From Minisyncoccia bacterium (lineage in GTDB: Bacteria > Patescibacteriota > Minisyncoccia > Phycocordibacterales > UBA918): a DNA stretch of 64,000 bases. Shown here one piece after another: positions 56,977 to 64,000 of the stretch. Numbering within the stretch: position 1 is the stretch's first letter; each line of letters starts with the position of its first letter. The translations under genes were made by a program, and so were the position numbers. The DNA is taken from positions 142,542-206,541 of the forward strand of contig CAXRCZ010000004.1 of assembly GCA_964229335.1 (NCBI GenBank). Reading direction: 5' to 3'. The notes beneath the pieces were generated by a model. It did no database searches. It had not been told where the DNA came from and worked only from the letters and a program-made list of their open reading frames with translations.

Positions 56977-57927
56977 TTATATGTTAATACCAATAGCATT
57001 TCTCACCCGGCTGATAGTCTGGTTCGAGATAGCTTCTGCTTGAATGGCTCCATCTTTTAAAACCTCTTTTACGTACTCATCAGTGATACTAGCGCGCTTC
57101 TCGCGCATTGGGGCAATGAATTCCTCTAAATCAGCTGCTAGTAGTTTTTTGAGTTCACCATACTGACCCTTATTAGCTTCGTAGACTGGTGCCAGTTCAG
57201 ATTCAGTTTTTAACAATTGATGAATGGCATATACATGCTCTGGTCTGTCGCCAGTAGAATCAGTAACTATGCTCATCACTGCTTTATGAATATCTTCTGT
57301 TTCTCCGAACAAAGGTATGGTATTACCGTAACTTTTACTCATTTTTTGTCCGTCTGTACCTGGCACAACTCCGACGCCATCAAGAATCATTTCTTGGGGT
57401 TCTTTAAGAATGGTCTCGTTATACGCTCGGTTAAGCTTGCCGACCGCTTCACGAGTGTATTCAATATGTTGACGCTGATCTTCACCTACAGGCACTACAT
57501 CTGTATCATACAAAGCGATATCCGCGGCTTGAAGTAGTGGATAGGTAAATAAGCCTACGTTTGGCTCGAGACCTTTTGCCACCTTATCTTTATATGAATG
57601 CGCTTGCTGTAGTATTGGCACCGTAACCATACAGTTAAGTACCCAAGCCAGTTCCATATGATCTTGGTTATCAGATTGCCTAAAAATAATGCACTTGTGA
57701 GGATCTATCCCAACTGCGAGATAATCTTTTACGACATTAATTATATTCGCTTGAAGAAGCTCTGGGTCACGCAAACTAGTGAGTGCATGATAGTCAGCAA
57801 TCATTAAAATACTGTTGTATTCAAGATAGGTATCAAGAAAGGGTTTCAGTGCTCCAAAATAGTTACCGATGTGCAAATCACCAGAGGGTTGTAGTCCAGT
57901 CAATAGTGTCTTTTGTGACGTCTTCAT
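56977..57927 (-). CDS. trpS: Tryptophan--tRNA ligase
   Basis: QPSG.LHIGNY.GA, YPLLQAADI, VPVGEDQ, KMSKS. Confidence 0.95.
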   Translation of the reverse strand: MKTSQKTLLTGLQPSGDLHIGNYFGALKPFLDTYLEYNSILMIADYHALTSLRDPELLQANIINVVKDYLAVGIDPHKCIIFRQSDNQDHMELAWVLNCMVTVPILQQAHSYKDKVAKGLEPNVGLFTYPLLQAADIALYDTDVVPVGEDQRQHIEYTREAVGKLNRAYNETILKEPQEMILDGVGVVPGTDGQKMSKSYGNTIPLFGETEDIHKAVMSIVTDSTGDRPEHVYAIHQLLKTESELAPVYEANKGQYGELKKLLAADLEEFIAPMREKRASITDEYVKEVLKDGAIQAEAISNQTISRVRNAIGINI

Positions 57928-57972
57928 TTACAGAATAGTAGCAAAAAGGGTTTATTTAGCCAAATATCTTGG

Positions 57973-59658
57973 CTACTTCTTGGTCGAGGCTAGAGGGAGT
58001 TCTAGAGTAAAGCATGAGCCTTTCCCTTCTCCTTCCGAAGTGGCTGTGATGTCGCCTCCCATTTCCTCAGACATTTTGTGGGCTACATACAGACCAAGTC
58101 CCGTTCCAGAGGTGTTTACTTGATTAGCATTATCAGCGCGGCTGAATTTTTCAAATAGTGCGCGTAGGGTCTTTTCGCTCATACCTACACCGGTGTCACT
58201 AATTTCTACGAAGACTTTCTTTTGCCTTATATTATCGTACACGCTCACATTTATTGAACCTTCCGGTGTGTATTTGAGTGAATTATTTATTAGATTATGG
58301 ATAATTTGGATAGTCTTACCGACATCTGCGGTTACTACTCCCCTGCTCTCAAGCCTGCTTCGGAAAAGAAGCACTAGGCCTTTTCTCATTGCTTCAGCTC
58401 GCAAGTCCTCGCAGATACTTTCGACTTTTTCTTTTAGATTAAAGTCACTAAGGTTGTACTTCATGTTGCCACTTTCGATTCGAGATACATTCAAGTAATC
58501 TTCTACTGCCATGGCCATCAATCTGGCTGATTCAGCGATACGCTCTGAGGCCTCTATAGCCTTTTTCGGCATCTTTCCAAAACTACCCTCGACCAACATT
58601 GAAGCGTAACCACGCATAGCTGTCAGTGGACTGCGCAATTGGTGAGAAGCAATCGAGACAAATTCAGACTTAAGCTTATCTAATTGTTCTAGTCGCTCAT
58701 TAGCATGGGCTAGATCTTTGGTTAAGACTTCTAACTTCTCTCTTTGCAAAATTTCTTTTTTAACACTACGGTTAAGTAAAAGACCTGAGAGTAAGGTAAG
58801 AGCTAGCGTAACTGAACCAAGGATAAAGGCAGTACGAGTTTCTGCAATAGTTATCAAAGAGCCAACTAAGGTAACCAGCGCAACTAATAGTGCCTGAGTT
58901 GTTAGTAGGCCAACGTTGAACGCTTTAAATCTTGTCATGAGGATGCCGATAAAGAGTAGGAACAAAGCCATTCCAAAGAACCCATAAAACTCTATATTCG
59001 AATCCTCTACTAATCCAGCGTTTGCTAAGTATGAGGCGAACCATACAAAGAAAAAGAAGAAAGCAATGAAAGACTGGATACCAGCCCCCATTAGAATCAA
59101 TTGCTTCTTGAACTTCGGTTCAGCAGAACGATAGCGGCTTATGAAAATAGCGGCTGACCAAATCATCGCCAATCCTCCTAATGCTGTGTAGTACAGGTTG
59201 TACCAAAAGCCTTCAAATCCAAAAGCGTCGCAGTCAGAAATTTGAAACCCACTTACGCTGTAATCTGTATGTGCCAATAACAGAATAGGTAGAAGTAAAA
59301 TCACAAAGACAGCTTTGGTGTGAGGTGAGACATCTTTTTTATAGGCAAACGCATAAGAAAAGTACACTGCATAGACAGCAATTAAAGCAGAGATTATGCC
59401 AAATAGCGGCCATAGCGATAACAAGAAATCACTATGAATGTTAGTCCAGGCGATAAGGTTTATGGTTGTCCAACCCGCAAAGAGAATGGAGATAATAAAT
59501 AGTAGCTGGTTTGGTAATTGTTTTGGGCTGTTGACTAGCAAGAATATACCGATACCCAATGCCAACAGTGCCACTGGGATATGAGAATAGTACAGTAAAA
59601 GAGGTAGGTCTGAAGCAAAAAAGAAATAGGTTGGTTCTGCAAAATAGTGACAAATCAT
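57973..59658 (-). CDS. Sensor histidine kinase with N-terminal multi-TM (HisKA_7TM-like) domain
   Basis: 7+ hydrophobic helices; H-box SHQLRSPL, N-box NLINNSLKY, DTGVG, GTGLGL; no receiver domain. Confidence 0.9.
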   Translation of the reverse strand: MICHYFAEPTYFFFASDLPLLLYYSHIPVALLALGIGIFLLVNSPKQLPNQLLFIISILFAGWTTINLIAWTNIHSDFLLSLWPLFGIISALIAVYAVYFSYAFAYKKDVSPHTKAVFVILLLPILLLAHTDYSVSGFQISDCDAFGFEGFWYNLYYTALGGLAMIWSAAIFISRYRSAEPKFKKQLILMGAGIQSFIAFFFFFVWFASYLANAGLVEDSNIEFYGFFGMALFLLFIGILMTRFKAFNVGLLTTQALLVALVTLVGSLITIAETRTAFILGSVTLALTLLSGLLLNRSVKKEILQREKLEVLTKDLAHANERLEQLDKLKSEFVSIASHQLRSPLTAMRGYASMLVEGSFGKMPKKAIEASERIAESARLMAMAVEDYLNVSRIESGNMKYNLSDFNLKEKVESICEDLRAEAMRKGLVLLFRSRLESRGVVTADVGKTIQIIHNLINNSLKYTPEGSINVSVYDNIRQKKVFVEISDTGVGMSEKTLRALFEKFSRADNANQVNTSGTGLGLYVAHKMSEEMGGDITATSEGEGKGSCFTLELPLASTKK

Positions 59659-60050
59659 ATATCAGTATCGTTAGACGAAGACATTTCTAGCTGAAGATTT
59701 GGCTGGTCAAACTCTTTCAGATTTTCGCAACTGTCAGGGTCATCGTAGCAGTATTCAACTTCACATTGCACACTACCCCCATCGCAAGTAGCAGCTGCTT
59801 CACAGTCAGTAATATCTGCACCACATAGCGGATACAAATCATTTGCGTGCTTAGTTATGTATTTGTAGTAATAAATGTCATCACAAGAGTCTTCTTCGCA
59901 ATAGTAAAAACATTCTTCAGTATAAGGGTCACACTCTGCCTCGTAGGTGACGTTGTAATCTTTGAGATACCAGAAGCGATAAAAGCTAGCGAGCACCGCA
60001 AAAAGGAGTAAGGGAATAATTGTAAACAACAGTATTCGCTTTTCTAACAT
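59655..60050 (-). CDS. Membrane-anchored Cys-rich acidic exported protein
   Basis: One TM then 10 Cys; stop overlaps the kinase start (ATGA). Confidence 0.75.
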   Translation of the reverse strand: MLEKRILLFTIIPLLLFAVLASFYRFWYLKDYNVTYEAECDPYTEECFYYCEEDSCDDIYYYKYITKHANDLYPLCGADITDCEAAATCDGGSVQCEVEYCYDDPDSCENLKEFDQPNLQLEMSSSNDTDI

Positions 60051-60109
60051 GCTACTAAGATTATAGCAGCTAGAACATAGAGTAACTGAAAGATTTAAAC
60101 AGTTCTCAA

Positions 60110-60916
60110 TTATTTCTCAATGAATTCATCTAGATGTTTTAAGACATTTTTAGGGTATGAATTTATATCGGCAATTTTAGCGCTCGGCTTTTGGACTAGT
60201 GGTGCAAGCAATGGTTTGTGGCCAAATCTCTTTTCAGTTTTTTTCATTGCTGGCAAGACAACTTGTTGTACGAAATCAATTTCATCAGGTTCGTAAACCT
60301 CTAACATTATTCCATGCACAAGTAATAGAGCGAGCATATATTCGTATAATTCAATCAACTCGCCACGGTGATGCCGATTGACCCAGCCTGACTCGTCAAC
60401 GACGCGAACATTTTTAGGGAAAAGTTTTTTTGTTAAATAGGTATGCAGATTGGTTAGTTTTTTACCATTCAATAACATTGCTTCTTCAAAAGATTTGCCT
60501 TGTTCTGAATTTTGGTCAGCTACCCGACGATATTGAATTATTCCAGCACCGTTCTTTGATTCACCGACAATAATTGGGAGTTTGAGTAGGTTTCGTTTCA
60601 GAGAACTATATGAAGTAACTTTATCCTTCGGGTCTTCACCAATTATTATTGGATAGTTATATTTTTTCACTTGGTCTATAAAAAACAACGTCTCGTAGTC
60701 AGGCGTGGCCAAATATCTTGATAGATAAAAAATCGGTGCCTCACCTTTAAAGTGTTCAGGAATGTCGTTATTTAAAAAAGATTCTACCTCTTTTATCAAG
60801 TCCTGGTTCTTGCGCCGCTCGTTTATTATCTCTACAGCATCATCAAGATCAGTATGAATCTCATCAAGTAGACGCTTGTATCTAAATTTTTTAAGTTTGT
60901 CGTAGAGAAACCTCAT
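60110..60916 (-). CDS. Uncharacterised cytoplasmic protein, probable enzyme (268 aa)
   Basis: Soluble; motif-like segments LSRYLATPDYE, EDPKDK, HGIMLE; 1 nt after the DMT gene. Confidence 0.75.
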   Translation of the reverse strand: MRFLYDKLKKFRYKRLLDEIHTDLDDAVEIINERRKNQDLIKEVESFLNNDIPEHFKGEAPIFYLSRYLATPDYETLFFIDQVKKYNYPIIIGEDPKDKVTSYSSLKRNLLKLPIIVGESKNGAGIIQYRRVADQNSEQGKSFEEAMLLNGKKLTNLHTYLTKKLFPKNVRVVDESGWVNRHHRGELIELYEYMLALLLVHGIMLEVYEPDEIDFVQQVVLPAMKKTEKRFGHKPLLAPLVQKPSAKIADINSYPKNVLKHLDEFIEK

Positions 60917-60917
60917 A

Positions 60918-61886
60918 TTAAGTATTGCTATGTAAAGCCAGTACTACTACCCCAACAGCAATCAAACCGACTCCTAGACTAACCATTATCCAACCGCGTC
61001 TCTCGGTACTATCTCTAGATATAGATGCGAGTCCGGTTGAGGATAGTAAAAATCCAATCACACCCACAGCAATCGGCTGGGTGGCATTAAAGGCGGTTAC
61101 AATCATTACTGAGGGACCTAAGGTATTGGCTAAATGAGTCATATAAACACCACCGGCATCCAAAACTTCGTTACCTGCTTGCACCGCTAGTGCCTTGTAA
61201 TTAGCATTATCTAGGAATGAGTTGAACTGAACTCGGTAGGGTTTCCAAGCAATATAAATGGCCGTGCCGGTCAAAAACATACCTACTCCTGTCCAAAGAC
61301 CCACTAGAGTAAAACTGTTAGATAAGGCGGCGTCTTTAAATAACACATAAATAGCCGCTATCACAATGGTTGAGAGAGCCATTAGACCCAGGGTACCAAA
61401 GTTTACTTTTGTGCTGTCATCATCCTCCTTCTCAATTGAAAGCAAGATACCACCAGCAACTATGATAAGGGCGCCTATAATTTGAATTGGGGGTGGTATC
61501 ACACCATAAAAACTCTCTAGCACTAGCGCAAATATGGGAACAGCCTGAATTAAAGGACCAACAATGATGGCGCCGCTTCTTTCGGTAGCGTATAAGTAAG
61601 GTATTAACCATAGCACTTCAAGAAAGCCAATGAATAGGGCTTTAAAAATAAGTGAGGTGTCGTTAAAAAAGGCAATGCTATTTAGTAGACCGTAGCCAAA
61701 AAAACCAATTGCAATGACTACACCAAAGAGTGAGGAAATTAATACCAATGTCCCCACTTCTTGATCGTACTCACTCAGGAGAAGCTCATCTACATAGTTT
61801 CCAGCCCCATACAGAATACTAGCTATTACAATTAACCAAACCCATGGCTGACTGAATAGCTGAACTGCGGCGAGTAGTAGTTCCAT
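60918..61886 (-). CDS. EamA/DMT-family transporter
   Basis: About 10 TM in two 5-TM halves; PIFALVL, QIIGALIIVAGG. Confidence 0.85.
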   Translation of the reverse strand: MELLLAAVQLFSQPWVWLIVIASILYGAGNYVDELLLSEYDQEVGTLVLISSLFGVVIAIGFFGYGLLNSIAFFNDTSLIFKALFIGFLEVLWLIPYLYATERSGAIIVGPLIQAVPIFALVLESFYGVIPPPIQIIGALIIVAGGILLSIEKEDDDSTKVNFGTLGLMALSTIVIAAIYVLFKDAALSNSFTLVGLWTGVGMFLTGTAIYIAWKPYRVQFNSFLDNANYKALAVQAGNEVLDAGGVYMTHLANTLGPSVMIVTAFNATQPIAVGVIGFLLSSTGLASISRDSTERRGWIMVSLGVGLIAVGVVVLALHSNT

Positions 61887-61888
61887 GA

Positions 61889-62284
61889 TTATAGATTATG
61901 GTTTGGATACCTGGTTCCTCTGTCTATTATCTGACAGTCGTAATCTGTGGTTCCAAAGGCGTGGCTCAAATAATTAAGAATAGTATCGGAATCTAACTCA
62001 TCCTGGCAGGTATACACATCTGCAGTCACAAACCCTCGAGCCGGAAAGGTGTGGAATGATATATGACTTTCGGCAATCATCACAAACCCGCTGATTCCTC
62101 CAGGATCTTTCTCATTCAAGGGACCTACCTCTACTACCATTTCATCAGAAATGGTGTGCATATCGAGTTTTTTAGGTAAATCTTGAAGGATTTTGTGCAA
62201 CTGCTCCTTATCGGCTAGTTTGGTTGAATCACAATTGTACGCATCAAATAGTAAGTGAACACCAAATGTCATCGTTTCATCCAT
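61889..62284 (-). CDS. speD: S-adenosylmethionine decarboxylase proenzyme
   Basis: GVHLLFD, GISGFVMIAE|SHISFHTFP (pyruvoyl cleavage site), DVYTC. Confidence 0.92.
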   Translation of the reverse strand: MDETMTFGVHLLFDAYNCDSTKLADKEQLHKILQDLPKKLDMHTISDEMVVEVGPLNEKDPGGISGFVMIAESHISFHTFPARGFVTADVYTCQDELDSDTILNYLSHAFGTTDYDCQIIDRGTRYPNHNL

Positions 62285-62348
62285 AGTAACCTCTACACTA
62301 CTACAAAATCCTTTATAAATAACTGTTTTATTAACACTTTTTGACTAG

Positions 62349-62855
62349 TTACACTAAGAACAAAATCAAGAGTGGTAAGAGTAACCACCAGAAAAAATAC
62401 TCCTCTGGTGCAAAGATTGACTGTATCGGTGTGCCTGGAGTGAGAAATTCTGTGACGGGTAAAACTTGGAAACTAAAGACCATTACCACAACGGTTGCAG
62501 CCGCGCTTAGAATGAGTTTTTTGCCAAAGCTTTCAAACTTTTTCTCACGGAACTCGTCTGGCATTACACGAGCTACTAGCAGTGTCGATATTACTGTGAA
62601 GACTGCGAACAAGCCAAGTTTTGCAGCTGCGATACTTTTACTTGATTCAAATGAATTGAAGATGAGGTCGTAGTATGGAAATACTAGTGAGATTAAGAGG
62701 GCAAAGTATAATCCAACAATAATATTAATAACTGCCTGACGTCCTTTGGCTATTACTATGAAAAACATAATACCTAGGACAATTAGCAAGTACGCCATTT
62801 CGTACAAGAAATCTACTAAGAACGATGTGTTTGTAAGAAACGCCAAGTCAGGCAT
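62349..62855 (-). CDS. Hypothetical integral membrane protein
   Basis: About 5 hydrophobic segments; follows dnaJ. Confidence 0.7.
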   Translation of the reverse strand: MPDLAFLTNTSFLVDFLYEMAYLLIVLGIMFFIVIAKGRQAVINIIVGLYFALLISLVFPYYDLIFNSFESSKSIAAAKLGLFAVFTVISTLLVARVMPDEFREKKFESFGKKLILSAAATVVVMVFSFQVLPVTEFLTPGTPIQSIFAPEEYFFWWLLLPLLILFLV

Positions 62856-62864
62856 GTGTTCCTA

Positions 62865-63941
62865 TTATATCCCCTCTTGCTGTAATTCTTCAATTAGCTT
62901 TTGTGCTTTTCTGGACAACTTTTTGGGAGTCTCTATTTGAACCTTGACTAAGAAGTCTCCTCTACCACGTTCGCTTGGCACTCCTTTGTCCTTGATTCTG
63001 ATTAGTTCACCATGAGTAATTCCGTTTGGAATTTTAATGTCTACTGTGCCGTCTAGAGTGCTTACAGTATAGGTACTTCCCAGTAAAGCATCAGTAAGTT
63101 TGACCGGTAAGCTGCTGTGCAAATTTACCCCTTCCCTTTTGATTGACTCGTGTGCTTCAACATGAACTTTTACGTACAAGTCTCCAGGTTCACCACCTAA
63201 AATTGCTTCGCCTTGTCCAGTTAATCTGATAACCTCTCCATTTTGAATACCGGCCGGTACTTTGATGGCAATTTCACTTTGTGAACGTTTAACTCCGTCA
63301 CCGCCACAGGTGGGACATTTTTCTTTCGGTATCTTGCCGGTACCCATACAAACATTACACTCTCGCACAGTAGTAAAGCTACCCATGATGCTCTGTCTGG
63401 TTTCTCTGACTCTTCCATTTCCTTCACAGGTAGTGCAGGTTACCTTCTCGGTACCTTTTTTAGCACCATCTCCATTACAGCTGGTACAGGTGTTATTCTT
63501 TGTCACCAATATCTTCCGTGTTACACCGAAAACTGATTCTTCAAACTTTAGGTTAATATCAATCGAAATATCTCGTCCGCGAGACTTCTGGGATTGTCGG
63601 CCACCACCAAACCCGAAACCTTGAAAAATATCATTCAAGTCAAATTCAAATCCTTGTCCACCAAAACCAGCTCCACCTTGTTGGAACTGTGACCAATCAA
63701 ACCCTCCAAAACCGCTACCTCCACCCGCTCCATTGAATGAATGGCCATATGCGTCATATTCAGCTTTCTTTTTCTCATCACCTAGAACAGCGTACGCCTC
63801 AGTAATTTCTTTATACTTTGATTCATCGCCAGTCTTTTTGTCAGGATGGTATTTTGCCGCTAGCTTCCGAAAGGCTTTTTTGACCTCGTCTTTTGACGCA
63901 CCCTTTTCCAAGCCCAGGACGTTGTAATAGTCTTTATTCAT
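62865..63941 (-). CDS. dnaJ: Chaperone DnaJ
   Basis: J domain with HPD, G/F region, four CxxCxGxG repeats. Confidence 0.97.
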   Translation of the reverse strand: MNKDYYNVLGLEKGASKDEVKKAFRKLAAKYHPDKKTGDESKYKEITEAYAVLGDEKKKAEYDAYGHSFNGAGGGSGFGGFDWSQFQQGGAGFGGQGFEFDLNDIFQGFGFGGGRQSQKSRGRDISIDINLKFEESVFGVTRKILVTKNNTCTSCNGDGAKKGTEKVTCTTCEGNGRVRETRQSIMGSFTTVRECNVCMGTGKIPKEKCPTCGGDGVKRSQSEIAIKVPAGIQNGEVIRLTGQGEAILGGEPGDLYVKVHVEAHESIKREGVNLHSSLPVKLTDALLGSTYTVSTLDGTVDIKIPNGITHGELIRIKDKGVPSERGRGDFLVKVQIETPKKLSRKAQKLIEELQQEGI

Positions 63942-64000
63942 AGTCTGATTTTGATTGAGATAGTGGTGAATTCAGATTGTAGTACAAAGCAGGATAAGGT

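Noticed and set aside
397-63927. Many short antisense or nested ORFs in the six-frame track
   Set aside because: Shadow ORFs of well-supported genes, with no motifs or expression signals
1-64000. CRISPR array, cas genes, integrase, transposase or prophage
   Set aside because: No regularly spaced repeats or recognisable mobile-element proteins seen
1-64000. Alternative genetic code (TGA = Gly, as in Gracilibacteria/SR1)
   Set aside because: Conserved genes are full length under code 11 and several end in TGA (e.g. mraY, murG, ftsW)

Overview
64 kb of a small-genome bacterial chromosome, most likely Patescibacteria/CPR (Parcubacteria-like). This is inferred from the gene repertoire, the short archaeal-type AspRS, the general lack of Shine-Dalgarno sites and the use of TGA as stop (code 11). 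Positions 1-15.8 kb are a co-directional metal/redox island beside the 3' end of a tRNA-Glu. It carries two P1B ATPases, a cupredoxin, a multicopper oxidase, DUF305/DUF3105/DUF411 proteins and a RnfD-FNR / multi-FMN / ApbE module. Positions 16-44 kb are mostly + strand housekeeping genes and 44.7-64 kb are entirely - strand genes. The orientation switch coincides with a symmetric 11-6-11 dif-like site (44111-44138), so the window probably spans the replication terminus. Best candidates for undescribed biology: (1) two paralogous small membrane proteins with a shared C-terminal LQxLFSxG(L/I)(I/L)HxK motif, each followed by a related RNA hairpin and heading a copper sub-operon (possible metal-sensing leader/attenuator); (2) a speD - DMT transporter - unknown enzyme - Cys-rich exported protein - orphan 7TM histidine kinase cluster that looks like a signal make/export/sense module; (3) a promoter-driven ~175-nt three-hairpin ncRNA between scpA and scpB; (4) an identical 28-bp AT-only sequence inside long palindromes at 18.5 kb and next to dif. 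All family assignments are from motif recognition by eye; no searches were run.
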